Below the pieces are notes generated by a model. It saw only the letters and a list, made by a program, of their open reading frames with translations, did no database searches and was not told where the DNA came from. 64,000 nucleotides of DNA. Source: an uncultured Thiotrichales bacterium. GTDB taxonomy: Bacteria > Pseudomonadota > Gammaproteobacteria > UWMA-0217. The DNA lies in assembly GCA_964620675.1 (NCBI GenBank), contig CAZUJU010000015.1, positions 449-64,448 on the forward strand, read 5' to 3'. Shown one piece after another: positions 9,288-20,150 of this stretch. Position 1 is the first letter of the stretch, and the number at the start of each line of letters is the position of its first letter. Both the position numbers and the translations under genes were made by a program.

Positions 9288-9986
9288 TCAGTGTGCTCCG
9301 TCGAGAACCGCTTGCGGTGGGTTGTCGGCAAGCAGGCGCGGCTTGCGGGCACGGCGGCCGTCGATAACGTTTTTGAGTGCGATGAGAGCGCCAAGCGCGA
9401 AGAACGCCCCCGGCGGCAGCACCGCGATCAGCAGGCCGGCGTAGTCTTCGACGACGACGAATTTGAGGTTCACCGCGGCGGGGCCGAACATCAGATGCGC
9501 CTGCTCGAACAGGGTGCCTTTGCCGACCAGCTCGCGGAGCGCCCCGAGGGTCACCAGCACCAGCGCGAAGCCGCCGCCAACCGCGAAGCCATCGGCCAGC
9601 GCGTGCCGCACGCCGTGTTTTGAGGCAAACGCCTCGGCGCGGCCGATCACCGCGCAGTTGGTCACGATCAGGGGAATGAAGATGCCCAGGATGTTGTACA
9701 ACTCGTGAAAATACGCGCTCATCAATAATTCGATCGCGGTCACGATCGACGCGATCAGCAGCACGAAAACCGGAATTCTGACCTCCGGCCGAATCAGGTT
9801 ACGCGCCAGCGAGACGCTGACATTGCTGACCACCAGCGTAAGCAAGGTCGCCAGTCCGAGCCCCAGGCCATTGACGATGTTACTCGTCACCGCGAGGAGG
9901 GGGCACAAGCCGAGCAGTTGAACCAGGCCGGTGTTGTTGTGCCACAGCCCGTCCGCGAGGAGCTGGCGGATGCTCGGTTCATTCAT
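9288..9986 (-). CDS. rnfE: Rnf/Rsx electron transport complex subunit E
   Basis: QLLGLCPLLAVT and FIPLIVTNCAVIGRAEAFA motifs. Confidence 0.96.
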   Translation of the reverse strand: MNEPSIRQLLADGLWHNNTGLVQLLGLCPLLAVTSNIVNGLGLGLATLLTLVVSNVSVSLARNLIRPEVRIPVFVLLIASIVTAIELLMSAYFHELYNILGIFIPLIVTNCAVIGRAEAFASKHGVRHALADGFAVGGGFALVLVTLGALRELVGKGTLFEQAHLMFGPAAVNLKFVVVEDYAGLLIAVLPPGAFFALGALIALKNVIDGRRARKPRLLADNPPQAVLDGAH

Positions 9987-10620
9987 TGGGCGGTGCCTCG
10001 GGTGTCAGGAGCGTGACTTGGTGCGCGTCGAAATACACCAGGGTCTGGCGAATGGCCTTGACCACGGCGCGCGGCGAGATGGTCGCGCCGGTAAACTGGT
10101 CGAAGTCGCCGCCGTCGCGTTTGACGGCCCAGCGCGGAAGTCCCGGCGCATGGAGCGACTTGCCGGTGAAACGGTGGATCCAGTCGCTATGATTTTGTTC
10201 GATTGGATCGCCGAGCCCCGGGGTCTCGGCGTGCTTGAGTACCCGCGCGCCGGTCACGCGGCCGTCGGTGTCGATGCCGATGAGCAGGTGGATTGCGCCG
10301 CTGTAGCCATCTGGCGCGACGGTTTCGAACACCGCGGCGACGGGTGCGCCGCCGCGGCGGGCGCGATACACCGTGACCGGGTAGCGGCCGCCGGCAAGCG
10401 CCGGATCGCGTAAAACCACGGTGTCTTCGAGGATCGAATTGTCGTATCGGTCCGCCGGCAACACTTCGTTCAAGACCTTGAGGCGCGCGAGGCGCTCGTT
10501 TTCGAGTACCCGTTCGGCGGTGAGCTCATGCACCCCGGCGACGATGCCGGCACCCACCACGCCGAATAGGCCGAGCATGATCGACGAGGTGATCACGTGG
10601 ACAAACGGCGAGTGCGCCAC
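9979..10620 (-). CDS. rnfG: Rnf/Rsx complex subunit G (FMN-binding)
   Basis: GYSGAI, HAETPGLGD and FDQFTGATIS motifs. Confidence 0.95.
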   Translation of the reverse strand: MAHSPFVHVITSSIMLGLFGVVGAGIVAGVHELTAERVLENERLARLKVLNEVLPADRYDNSILEDTVVLRDPALAGGRYPVTVYRARRGGAPVAAVFETVAPDGYSGAIHLLIGIDTDGRVTGARVLKHAETPGLGDPIEQNHSDWIHRFTGKSLHAPGLPRWAVKRDGGDFDQFTGATISPRAVVKAIRQTLVYFDAHQVTLLTPEAPPNE

Positions 10621-10621
10621 C

Positions 10622-11653
10622 TTAGCGCTCCCGCCCGAACACGCGCGGCTGGGTGTATTGGTCCAGCAACGGTACGGTCATGTTCATCAACAGCACCGCG
10701 AAGGCGATGCCGTCGGGGTAGCCGCCCCAGGTACGGATCACGAACGCGAGCAACCCCACGCCGACGCCGAACAGGATCCGCCCGAGCGGGGTCGCGCTGC
10801 CGGACACCGGATCGGTTGCGATAAAGAACGCGCCGAGCATCGCGCCACCGCTAAAAATATGAAATGCCGGCGAGGCGAAGTAGTCGGGGTTGGAGAGGTA
10901 AAACACCCCGGCCGGAAGACCGAGCCCCAACAGCACCGCGAGTGGGATCTGCCACGGAATGACGCGCTTGTAGATCAACCAGAGGCCACCGAGGGCATAA
11001 AAATTCGCGACCCACTCCCAGCCCTTGCCGGAGAAATCGCCGAACAGTGGGCTGGCGCGAATCTCGCTGATGGTCTGATGCAGCCCGACCTGGGTCTTGA
11101 CCGTGTCGAGCGGGGTCGCCATCGTCACCATGTCCCAGGTCAGGGAGGCGGGAAGGTTGCCGGAAAAGACCACTTGCAGCGTTTGCAACAGATCAAGGGG
11201 GTGTTGCGCGAGCAGGCCCGGGGGCAGCCAGCGGGTCATGTAAACCGGCATCGAGATCAACAACGCGACATAACCGACCATGGCCGGGTTGAACGGGTTG
11301 TAGCCTAGCCCGCCGTAGAGATGTTTGGCGACTACGATGGCCCAGAACATTCCCATTAATACCAGCCACCACGGCGCCAGCGGCGGTAGCGCCAGCGCCA
11401 GCAACCACGCCGTGACCACTGCACTGTAGTCATTTAGCGCCGGGCGGACCGGGCGCGCCCGCGCACGCAGCATCGCGGACTCCAGGGCCAGCGCGAATGC
11501 GATCGCGAGAATGACGTTGACGAGCACGCCCCAACCGAAGAACCACACGGCCGCCGCGGTGCCCGGTACCAAAGCATAGAGCACCTGGCGCATCACGCCG
11601 CCGACCTGTTGCGCGGCAGCAAAATGCGGAGAACTGACGGTATTGAAGTGCAT
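10622..11653 (-). CDS. rnfD: Rnf/Rsx complex subunit D
   Basis: SSPH, KHLYGGLGYNPFNPAM, TMATPL and FFIATDPVS motifs. Confidence 0.96.
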   Translation of the reverse strand: MHFNTVSSPHFAAAQQVGGVMRQVLYALVPGTAAAVWFFGWGVLVNVILAIAFALALESAMLRARARPVRPALNDYSAVVTAWLLALALPPLAPWWLVLMGMFWAIVVAKHLYGGLGYNPFNPAMVGYVALLISMPVYMTRWLPPGLLAQHPLDLLQTLQVVFSGNLPASLTWDMVTMATPLDTVKTQVGLHQTISEIRASPLFGDFSGKGWEWVANFYALGGLWLIYKRVIPWQIPLAVLLGLGLPAGVFYLSNPDYFASPAFHIFSGGAMLGAFFIATDPVSGSATPLGRILFGVGVGLLAFVIRTWGGYPDGIAFAVLLMNMTVPLLDQYTQPRVFGRER

Positions 11654-11658
11654 CGGGT

Positions 11659-13290
11659 TCAGTCGGCGGCGGTCGGCGTGGTGTCAGGTGTGGCTGGGGG
11701 CGTAGGCGCCACCTCGGCGCGTGCGGCCTTTTTGGCGCGCGCGCGTTCCAACGCGGCCTCGATCGCCGCCTGTTTGGGATCTGGCACCGCGGGCGTTTGC
11801 GCGCTGGCGGTTGGATCGGTGCTGGCGGGCGAGGCGAGGCCGGCCTTCCTTTGCGCATGGCGCGCCGCCTTTTCCTGCTCTTCGTGCTCTAGACGTTGCA
11901 AGCGGAATTGATGGCGCTCGCGGGCGATATCGGCCTTGCGTTTATCGCGTTCGAGCTGCCAGATCTCGGTCTTGGCGTGGCGGTAGTAATGTACCAACGG
12001 GAGATGGCTCGGGCAAACCTCGGCGCAGCAACCGCATTCGATGCAGTCAAAGAGATTGTGATCCTGGATTTTGTCGAAATCCTCGCTGCGGGCGTACCAA
12101 TAGAGTTGCTGCGGCAGAAGCTGGGCCGGGCAAACGGCGACACATTGGCCGCAGCGGATGCACGGTTGCGCCGCGTGTTCCGGCGCCAGTTCCGCCGCGC
12201 TTGCGACCCACACGCAATTGCCGCCCTTGATCAGCGGCACCTGATCCGAGGCGAGCGCGAACCCCATCATCGGGCCGCCGAGAATCAAGCGCTCGACCGC
12301 GTCGGTGTAGCCGCCGGCGTAGGCGATCAGTTCGGCGAGCGGAGTGCCCAGGCGCACCCGCAGATTGCGCGGTGCGGCGACGCCTTGCCCGGTGATCGTG
12401 ACCACGCGTTCAATCAGCGGTTGACCCTCGATCACGGCCTGATGAACCGCGAACGCGGTACCGACATTTTGGCAGAGGATTCCAAGGTCGACCGGCAACC
12501 CCGCCACTGGCACCTCGCGTCCAGTCAGCACCTTAATGAGTTGCTTCTCGCTGCCGGTTGGGTACAGCGTGGGTATCACGACCACCTCGGTCGCCGGCAT
12601 CGCCGCCCGCGCCAGGGCCTCGCCCATGGCGGCGATGGCCTCGGGTTTGTTGTCCTCGATCGCGATCAGCGTTTCGTGGGGTTTGACGATGTGCTGCAGA
12701 ATCGCGACCCCGAGGACGATGGCGTCGGCCCGCTCGCGCATCAGGCGGTCGTCGCAGGTGATGTAGGGTTCGCACTCGGCGCCGTTGATGATCAGCGTCG
12801 CGATACTGTCCATCGCCGGGGGGTTGAGTTTGACCGCGGTCGGAAACGCCGCGCCGCCCAAGCCGACGATTCCGGCCTCGCGAATCACTGTGCGCAGCTC
12901 GATTGCCGACAGCGCGCGGAAATCCGGAATCGGATTGGGCAGGCCGGGCGCCCATTGGTCGCGGCCGTCGGTGTCGATCACGATGCACGGTGCGCTCAAA
13001 CCGGAAGGATGGGGAACCGCGCGCGGTTCGATGGCGCTCACCGTGCCCGAGGTGCTGGCGTGAATCGAGGCGCTGATATAACCCTCGGCGCGGGCGATGC
13101 GTTGCCCCTTGCCGACTTGATCGCCGATCTTCACCAGCGCTTCCGCGGCGCGACCAATGTGCTGGTGGAGTGGCAACACGAGTTGTCGCGGCAGCGGCGC
13201 GGTATCGATCGGGGCCAGGTTCGATGGCGCCTTGTGCCCCGGCAGGCGCAGGCCGCCGTGGAAATGCCAGAGTTTGCGCGGCACCATCAT
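11659..13290 (-). CDS. rnfC: Rnf/Rsx complex subunit C
   Basis: [25 protein letters not shown], and two 4Fe-4S motifs (CIRCGQC, CIECGCC); start placed at [13 protein letters not shown]. Confidence 0.95.
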   Translation of the reverse strand: MMVPRKLWHFHGGLRLPGHKAPSNLAPIDTAPLPRQLVLPLHQHIGRAAEALVKIGDQVGKGQRIARAEGYISASIHASTSGTVSAIEPRAVPHPSGLSAPCIVIDTDGRDQWAPGLPNPIPDFRALSAIELRTVIREAGIVGLGGAAFPTAVKLNPPAMDSIATLIINGAECEPYITCDDRLMRERADAIVLGVAILQHIVKPHETLIAIEDNKPEAIAAMGEALARAAMPATEVVVIPTLYPTGSEKQLIKVLTGREVPVAGLPVDLGILCQNVGTAFAVHQAVIEGQPLIERVVTITGQGVAAPRNLRVRLGTPLAELIAYAGGYTDAVERLILGGPMMGFALASDQVPLIKGGNCVWVASAAELAPEHAAQPCIRCGQCVAVCPAQLLPQQLYWYARSEDFDKIQDHNLFDCIECGCCAEVCPSHLPLVHYYRHAKTEIWQLERDKRKADIARERHQFRLQRLEHEEQEKAARHAQRKAGLASPASTDPTASAQTPAVPDPKQAAIEAALERARAKKAARAEVAPTPPATPDTTPTAAD

Positions 13291-13877
13291 GCCGCGCGGT
13301 CGGGACTGGGCTCGGCAGCGAGCGTGGGTGTTACGAGCTGTCGCTGCGCCGGGTCGGGCCAGACCCAATGCTCGATCGGCGTCGCTTCGGTCTCCATCAC
13401 GATGCAGTCGACCGGGCAGGCCGGGAGGCAGAGCTTGCATCCGGTGCACTCCGCCGCAATCACGGTGTGCATCTGCTTCGCCGCGCCGACGATCGCATCG
13501 ACCGGGCAGGCCTGGATGCACAGCGTACACCCCACGCACCATTGCTCCAGGATGACCGCGACCTGCGGCACGTCAATCGCCTCGCCGACCGCTTCGTCGA
13601 GCGGCTTCGGATCCATCCCGAGCAGGTCGGCCAGCGAGCCGATCACCATTTGACCGCCGGGCGGGCAGCGATTGATGTCCGCCTCGCCCCGGGCGATGGC
13701 TTCCGCGTAAGGATGGCAGCCCGGATAACCGCATTGACCGCATTGTGTTTGCGGCAGGATTGCGTCGATCTGCGTGACGATCGGATTGCCCTCGACGCGA
13801 AAGCGGATCGACGAATACCCGAGGACCAGACCGAAGAACGCTGCAAGCAGGCTGATACTGGCGATGGCGGCAAGCAT
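13287..13877 (-). CDS. rnfB: Rnf/Rsx complex subunit B
   Basis: [30 protein letters not shown] and [12 protein letters not shown] motifs. Confidence 0.95.
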   Translation of the reverse strand: MLAAIASISLLAAFFGLVLGYSSIRFRVEGNPIVTQIDAILPQTQCGQCGYPGCHPYAEAIARGEADINRCPPGGQMVIGSLADLLGMDPKPLDEAVGEAIDVPQVAVILEQWCVGCTLCIQACPVDAIVGAAKQMHTVIAAECTGCKLCLPACPVDCIVMETEATPIEHWVWPDPAQRQLVTPTLAAEPSPDRAA

Positions 13878-13881
13878 CCCG

Positions 13882-14463
13882 TCAGCCCTTGACCAGACCG
13901 GCGAAGCCCATGAAGGCAAGTGACATCAATCCCGCCGTGATCAGGGCGATGGCGTTGCCCTTGAAGGCCACCGGCACGTCCGCCACCGTGACCCGTTCCC
14001 GCATCGCGGCGAACAGCACCAGCACCAAGGTGAAGCCGACCGCAGCGCCAAAGCCGTATAGCGCCGACGAGATGAAGTTGTGATCCTCCTTGACATTCAA
14101 CAGCGCCACCCCGAGCACGGCACAGTTGGTCGTGATCAGCGGCAGATAGATACCGAGCACGCGGTACAGCAGCGGACTGGTCTTGCGGACCACCATTTCG
14201 GTGAAGCCCACGATCGCGGCGATCACCAGGATGAAGGTAATCGTGCGGAGGTAAGCCAACTCCAACGGCACCAGCAGGTAGGCATTGATCAGGTAGCTCG
14301 AGATCGATGCCAGGGTGAGGACAAAGGTTGTCGCGAGCCCCATCCCGAGCGCCGTTTCCAGTTTGCGCGATACGCCCATGAACGGGCACAGGCCGAGAAA
14401 CTTCACCAGGACGAAGTTGTTCACCAGGATCGTCGACACCAGAATCAGCAGGAACTCAGTCAT
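13882..14463 (-). CDS. rnfA: Rnf/Rsx complex subunit A
   Basis: [16 protein letters not shown] and [12 protein letters not shown] motifs. Confidence 0.96.
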   Translation of the reverse strand: MTEFLLILVSTILVNNFVLVKFLGLCPFMGVSRKLETALGMGLATTFVLTLASISSYLINAYLLVPLELAYLRTITFILVIAAIVGFTEMVVRKTSPLLYRVLGIYLPLITTNCAVLGVALLNVKEDHNFISSALYGFGAAVGFTLVLVLFAAMRERVTVADVPVAFKGNAIALITAGLMSLAFMGFAGLVKG

Positions 14464-14686
14464 TTCGAATGGGCGCGCTCACAACGAGGTGTCACGGTAG
14501 AGGGTTGCAGGGTGGACTGGCAAATTTATCGAAGCTTGGCGGGATTATAAATGAAAATCGTCAATCGGCCGGTGCGTGAGTCGCCGGGATTGCGATGCGT
14601 GGCGCAGGTCACGAGAGCGCCAGCGGCTTTCGGTGTAAACTCGCGCGCTCGTTCGGCCGGTGGCCACTTAGGGAGAGAGGATCGAA

Positions 14687-15814
14687 ATGAATATCGCTAT
14701 CGTAGGCTGTGGATTTGTCGCGGATTACTATTTAGGCACGTTGCCGCTGCACCCCGAGTTGAAGCTGCTGGGGGTGACCGATCGTGTTCCCGATCGGGTC
14801 GAGCACCTCGCGGCCTTTCATTCGGTACCGAAATACGCCTCGTTGGCGGAACTCTTGGCCGATGAGCGCGTCGAAATGGTTCTGAATCTGACCAATCCGC
14901 GTGACCATTACGAGGTTTCCAAAGCTGCGCTTGACGCCGGCAAGCACGTCTACTCGGAAAAACCCCTCGCAATGGAGATGTCCCAGGCAATCGAACTCGT
15001 CGAGCTGGCCGAACGCCACAGTTTGTTGATTGCCTCGGCGCCGTGCAGCCTGCTCGGCGAAACTGCGCAAACCTTGTGGAGGGCGCTGCGTGAGGAAGCA
15101 GTCGGCAAGGTCCGGGTGGTTTACGCTGAAATGGACGATGGTATGGTGCATCTGATGCCTTATCAGAAATGGTTGAGCGACGCCGGCGTGCCATGGCCGT
15201 GGAAGGATGAGTTCGAGATCGGTTGTACCCTCGAACATGCCGGTTACTATCTGTCCTGGTTCGCGGCATGGTTTGGCCCGGCGACGAGCGTGACTTCATT
15301 CGCCTCGGTACAAGTTGGCGACAAATTGACGGCCGAGCCGCTCAACCTGGAATCCCCGGATTTTTCGGTTGCGTGTATCCAGTTCGCCAACGGCGTGGTC
15401 GCCCGGCTGACATGCAGCATTCTCGCGCCGCATGATCACACCTTGAAGATCGTTGGCGATGCGGGGGTGCTGTACACCCAGGACAGCTGGAAATACCGGT
15501 CGCCCGTTTTCAGCCGGCGAATGCTGCGGATTCGGCGCAAGACATTTCTGAATCCGATCAAGACTCGCCACCCGTTGCTCAAGGCCCCATACGGCCAAGC
15601 GAAGACCAAGGGTTCGCAGAGTATGGACTTCGCCCGCGGACCCGCCGAGCTCGCGGCCGCCGTGCGGGAGCGGCGCGAGCCTCGCCTTTCCGCGCGCTTT
15701 TCTTTGCATGTCAACGAGATGGCCTTGGCGATACACTATGCGCGCGAACAGGGCGCGAGCTACCGTATGACCACCACGTTCGATCCGGTCGAGCCGCTGG
15801 ACTGGGCAAAATGA
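14687..15814 (+). CDS. Gfo/Idh/MocA family NAD(P)-dependent oxidoreductase
   Basis: IAIVGCGFVA Rossmann motif; GKHVYSEKP; GGAGAGAGG RBS. Confidence 0.88.
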   Translation: MNIAIVGCGFVADYYLGTLPLHPELKLLGVTDRVPDRVEHLAAFHSVPKYASLAELLADERVEMVLNLTNPRDHYEVSKAALDAGKHVYSEKPLAMEMSQAIELVELAERHSLLIASAPCSLLGETAQTLWRALREEAVGKVRVVYAEMDDGMVHLMPYQKWLSDAGVPWPWKDEFEIGCTLEHAGYYLSWFAAWFGPATSVTSFASVQVGDKLTAEPLNLESPDFSVACIQFANGVVARLTCSILAPHDHTLKIVGDAGVLYTQDSWKYRSPVFSRRMLRIRRKTFLNPIKTRHPLLKAPYGQAKTKGSQSMDFARGPAELAAAVRERREPRLSARFSLHVNEMALAIHYAREQGASYRMTTTFDPVEPLDWAK

Positions 15815-15874
15815 CGCGCAGTGAACCGCTCGCCGCCGCGCGCGCATCTCGATAAGTACGATAGGAGTAGCCTG

Positions 15875-16987
15875 ATGGCACGCAGAATTCGCTGGGGTTT
15901 TTGGGGAACGGGTGCGGTCGCTAACGATGTCGCAGCGGATTTTCCACTCGTGCCCGAGGTGGAGCTCTACGCCGTGGCCTCACGAACGCTGGCCCACGCG
16001 GAAAGATTCGCGGCCCGCCATGGCGTGAACAAGTACAGTAGCAATCTCGAGGATTTGTTGGACGACCCCGCGGTTGACGTGATCTACGTCTCGACCCCGC
16101 ATGAGCGGCACCTGGAGGATTGCCTCGACTGTCTCTCCGCCGGCAAGCCGGTGGTAAGCGAAAAACCCTTCACGCTGAATGCGATGCAGGCGGCCCAGGT
16201 CGTTGACGCGGCGCGCGAGCAGGACCTGTTCTGCATGGAGGCGATGTGGATGCGCTTTGTGCCCGCGGTCGTCGAAGCCAAGCGAAGGGTTGCGGCCGGA
16301 GAACTTGGCGCGGTGCGCTTTATCACCGCCAATTTCGCATACCCGGACTATTTTGATCCTCATCATCGTTTGTTCAATCTCGAACAGGGCGGCGGCGCGT
16401 TGCTCGATCGTGGGGTGTATACGATTTCTCTGGCCTGCTATCTGCTTGGATTGCCGCTCTCCATATCGAGCAGCGCGGCGATTGGCAGCACGGGCGTGGA
16501 TGATCAATCCACCTACCAACTTGCGTTCGAAGGCGGTGTGCTCGCCGACCTCTCGGCTAGTCTGCGCGTACTGGGGCGTAATGAGGCGGTGATCATGGGT
16601 GAGCGGGGCCAGCTTCGGCTGCACGCGCCGTTCTATCGCGCCCACCGCTTGAGCATGCAACAGGTTGAGCCGCCCGGTCCGGCGCCGTTGCGTTCCGAGG
16701 CCGCAGAGGGCGGAATCAAGACCCGCATCAAGGCAACGCTCAAGCAGCACCCAGCCATGCATCAGCTCAGCCGTCGCCTCGATCCGTTACGTGGACTTCT
16801 GGGTCGCGGCAGTGCGACGTTCGCTTTTCCTGGCAACGGTTACCAGTTCGAGATCGCGGAGGTTGGCCGGTGCCTGCGGGAAGGATTGCGGGAAAGCCCG
16901 ATCATGCCGCTCGACGAGACGGTTGCGATCATGCAGATCATGGATGCGATTCGCGGTCAGTGGGGGTTGGTGTATCCCGGTGAGTGA
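15875..16987 (+). CDS. Gfo/Idh/MocA family oxidoreductase (dihydrodiol/xylose dehydrogenase-like)
   Basis: WGFWGTGAVA, SEKPF, MEAMW and GGGALLDRGVY motifs; AGGAG RBS. Confidence 0.88.
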   Translation: MARRIRWGFWGTGAVANDVAADFPLVPEVELYAVASRTLAHAERFAARHGVNKYSSNLEDLLDDPAVDVIYVSTPHERHLEDCLDCLSAGKPVVSEKPFTLNAMQAAQVVDAAREQDLFCMEAMWMRFVPAVVEAKRRVAAGELGAVRFITANFAYPDYFDPHHRLFNLEQGGGALLDRGVYTISLACYLLGLPLSISSSAAIGSTGVDDQSTYQLAFEGGVLADLSASLRVLGRNEAVIMGERGQLRLHAPFYRAHRLSMQQVEPPGPAPLRSEAAEGGIKTRIKATLKQHPAMHQLSRRLDPLRGLLGRGSATFAFPGNGYQFEIAEVGRCLREGLRESPIMPLDETVAIMQIMDAIRGQWGLVYPGE

Positions 16988-17100
16988 AATAATTACCGGA
17001 TCGGTTCACAGAACCCGTTGAAGGGCTTTGAATCGCGCCAGTCGAGTCCTTTAAGCTTGCCGCGCCTATCCGATTGATCAACTATGGACGTGACCCGGAC

Positions 17101-18369
17101 ATGACTGCCGCTTCCGACAGTACCCCGCGCGCTTTGGCGTATATCGTCAGCCAGTATCCGATGCTTTCGATGATTTTCATCATCCGTGAAGTCCTGCAAC
17201 TCAAGCGGTTGGGGTTTCGGGTCGACGTGGCGTCAATCAATGCGCCGGATCGCGGCGCCCAGGGATTGACCGCGGACGAGGCAAATGAGGCGAATGTCAC
17301 GTATTACATCAAACCCGACGGCGCCAAGAGCGCCGTCGGGTCGCACTTCGAAACGCTGCGCAGCCACCCGGGCGGTTACTGGCGCGGGTGGCGGATGGTG
17401 TTTCGTCTCGGTGCGCTTGATTTGGGTAAGTGGTTCTACAATCTCATGTATTTCACCGAGGCGCTGATGGTCGGGCGGTGGATGCGGCAAAAGGATCAGC
17501 GCCACCTCCACGCCCATCTTGGCAGTCAGGCAGCGACGGTCGCGATGTATGTCAAGGAGATCTTCGGGTACGGGTTTTCCATCACCGTGCATGGCCCGGA
17601 CGAGTTCTACAACGCCCCGGGACAGTACCTCACGGAGAAGGTGATCGCAGCGGACTTCATCGTCTGCATCAGCCACTTCGCCCGGAGTCAGTTAATGAAG
17701 CTTTCGCCCTACGAGCACTGGCACAAGCTGGAAGTTTCACGGCTCGGGGTCGATCCGCAGGTGTTCACACCCAAGCCGTTCAAATCTGACCCCGAGGTGT
17801 TCGAGGTGATTTGTGTCGGGCGGCTGACGCCGGCCAAGGGCCAGCATATTCTGGTAGCCGCGATCGGCGCGCTGGTGGCCGCGGGGCGCCGGGTGCGGCT
17901 GCGGATCGTCGGCGACGGCACCGACCGCGCCTCGCTCGAACGCCAGGTCAAAAGCCTCGGACTCGGGGAGCAGGTCGTTTTCGAAGGTGCGGTCAACCAG
18001 GATCGAATCCGCGAACTCTATGCCCAGGCCGATGCGTTCTCGATTCCGAGCTTTGCCGAGGGCATTCCGGTGGTGTTGATGGAGGCGATGGCGATGGAGA
18101 TCCCGTGCGTCACCACTCGCATCACTGGGATTCCCGAGTTGATTCGCGATGGCGTCGACGGCCTGTTGGTCGCGCCGTCCGCCAGCGATGAGCTCGCCGC
18201 CGCGATCGCGCGCTTGATGGACGATCCGGAACTGCGCGAGCGTTTGGCGAAAAGCGGGCGTCAACGGGTGTTGGAGCAGTACGACCTGGCGAAAAACGTC
18301 GATCGGCTCGCCACGCTGTTCCGTCGCCGCGTGGCTCAGTCCGTCGACGTCCCGCCTATTCACCCTTAG
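17101..18369 (+). CDS. Glycosyltransferase family 4 (WcaL-like)
   Basis: HLHAH, VGRLTPAKG and EGIPVVLMEAMA (EX7E) motifs. Confidence 0.9.
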   Translation: MTAASDSTPRALAYIVSQYPMLSMIFIIREVLQLKRLGFRVDVASINAPDRGAQGLTADEANEANVTYYIKPDGAKSAVGSHFETLRSHPGGYWRGWRMVFRLGALDLGKWFYNLMYFTEALMVGRWMRQKDQRHLHAHLGSQAATVAMYVKEIFGYGFSITVHGPDEFYNAPGQYLTEKVIAADFIVCISHFARSQLMKLSPYEHWHKLEVSRLGVDPQVFTPKPFKSDPEVFEVICVGRLTPAKGQHILVAAIGALVAAGRRVRLRIVGDGTDRASLERQVKSLGLGEQVVFEGAVNQDRIRELYAQADAFSIPSFAEGIPVVLMEAMAMEIPCVTTRITGIPELIRDGVDGLLVAPSASDELAAAIARLMDDPELRERLAKSGRQRVLEQYDLAKNVDRLATLFRRRVAQSVDVPPIHP

Positions 18370-19271
18370 GTCATAGCTTCGAGCCGGTATTCGGTACTCA
18401 GGGTTACGGTTGCGTCCGGCGCCACGGTAACCGTGTCGTCCCAGGCGTTGGTGGTTTCGACGCACAGCATGTGGCGGTAGCCATCGTCGCCCATGTCGCC
18501 GAATTTGGCGCCTTTCTCTGCCCCGGGATTCCATACCACATAGCTTGAGCTGTTTTGCTTGCCGATCAGGATGCGGCGCTTGAGCGCAGGGTCCGCGATC
18601 GCTACTTCGCCCGGTGTGGCGAGGTAGACCCGATCGACTTCACCGTCAATTATAACTGGGCCTTGTTGCACCACGCGGGCATCGCCGCGGACGCGATCGA
18701 CATAGGACTTGCCATCGAGCCCTTCGACACTGACCGTCTCAACATCACCGATCTGAAAATACGTGTGCAAGGCCTGCGTCAGCGTGAAGGGCGTGGTGCC
18801 GGTATTTTGGGTGGTGAGTTCCAATCGCAGCCGGGTGCCGATGGTGACGGCCAAGGTCAAGGTGGCTGCGTGCGGCCATAGGATCTGCTGCGCCGCCTCG
18901 GGTTCAAACCGCAACACGACGCGGGTGGCGTTGCCGAGCGCGGCAGTCTCGACAAACTTCCAGTCGAGGTTGCGCGCGAATCCATGCGCCGGTTTGCCGG
19001 GATCGGTCGGATGCGCGCCGAACCACGGCCAGCACACCGGCACGCCCCCGCGCAGCGATTTGCCGACCGCGAACTTTGCGGCGGGTGAGAGCCAAACCAC
19101 CGGCGCCTGACCGGCGGGGGTCCAGTGCAGGAGCTGCGCGCCTTGACGCGCAATCGCGGCGGTCGCGCCGCCGTTGCTGATTTCGGCGACTACGGCGCCA
19201 TGCGCACCGAGCTTGAACTCGACCACACCGGGGATGCCAAATTTGTCATTCAGGGCTGCTGGGTCACACAT
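18366..19271 (-). CDS. yeaD: D-hexose-6-phosphate mutarotase (aldose 1-epimerase family)
   Basis: RGGVPVCWPWFG, HGFAR, ALHTYF, VVWNPG and MLCVET motifs. Confidence 0.88.
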   Translation of the reverse strand: MCDPAALNDKFGIPGVVEFKLGAHGAVVAEISNGGATAAIARQGAQLLHWTPAGQAPVVWLSPAAKFAVGKSLRGGVPVCWPWFGAHPTDPGKPAHGFARNLDWKFVETAALGNATRVVLRFEPEAAQQILWPHAATLTLAVTIGTRLRLELTTQNTGTTPFTLTQALHTYFQIGDVETVSVEGLDGKSYVDRVRGDARVVQQGPVIIDGEVDRVYLATPGEVAIADPALKRRILIGKQNSSSYVVWNPGAEKGAKFGDMGDDGYRHMLCVETTNAWDDTVTVAPDATVTLSTEYRLEAMT

Positions 19272-19315
19272 GCTGGGGATTCCTTGGGTTGAGATTGGGT
19301 CAAGGGACGCGAGCG

Positions 19316-19828
19316 TCAATTGAGCGTGCGCGAAGTCGGCGGCCCGAGCGCGATGGCCTGCCCAGTGGGGATCCGGCCGGAGAGTTCGTCGCGAGTCGCG
19401 TCGCGCACCTGCAGAATATTCAGAACGAATACAATCGGCTTTCCGGCCAGCGGGTGGTTGCCGTCGAGCGTGAGCAGGCCGTTTTCGATGGCGCTGACGC
19501 GAAACGTTTTGACGTCGCCCTGGTCATTCTGAAACTCCACCTCGGCACCGACCCAGCGAAACTCCTCCGGCACATTGTCGATATCGTCAGTGAACGTGAG
19601 GTTCGGGTCGGGCTCGCCGAAGCCCTCATTTGGGCCCAGTTTGACCGCGACCGTATCGCCCGTTCGGTGACCTGCCAGCGCGTGCTCGATCTTCTGGTGC
19701 AATCCGCTATTGCGTCCCTGAATGTAATTGATCGGTAGATCGATCTGCTCCAGCACCTGCCCTTGTTCGTCGCGGATGCTGTAGGTGAACTCGACCAATT
19801 TGTTGTCGCGGATCGTCTCGTCAGTCAT
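19316..19828 (-). CDS. slyD: FKBP-type peptidyl-prolyl isomerase, SlyD-like (no His-rich tail)
   Basis: LDGNHPLAGK motif; FKBP fold with IF insertion. Confidence 0.85.
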   Translation of the reverse strand: MTDETIRDNKLVEFTYSIRDEQGQVLEQIDLPINYIQGRNSGLHQKIEHALAGHRTGDTVAVKLGPNEGFGEPDPNLTFTDDIDNVPEEFRWVGAEVEFQNDQGDVKTFRVSAIENGLLTLDGNHPLAGKPIVFVLNILQVRDATRDELSGRIPTGQAIALGPPTSRTLN

Positions 19829-20150
19829 GGCACAAGCGGCGGTGGATTCGCCGCCATGATAGGCGATCGCGGGCGCAAACCGAAAGTGTATGCTCTATGC
19901 GGTCGTGGGCGTGCGGGCCGAGCGGGTAGATAAGACGGTCGTGGGCTACCGCATGTCGTTGCCTTTCGTCCGGTTGCAGGCCACCTACAGCAGGCGCTGG
20001 CTGCGCTGGGAATCAATCTGCCCTTAGTCTTACGTGTTAGGTTGGGCAAATCAGACTTGCCGCTCGGGGCGTGCCCGATTTCAGCAAGTGGCGCGTCGTA
20101 GGCCAAGAGCCGCGCTAGAATGGAGCCTTCCCCTTGGAATTGCGGGCGTC

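Noticed and set aside
11896-13653. Long antisense ORFs (for example 585 aa over rnfC/rnfB and 421 aa over fliI)
   Set aside because: Expected shadow ORFs of high-GC genes; no motifs or RBS
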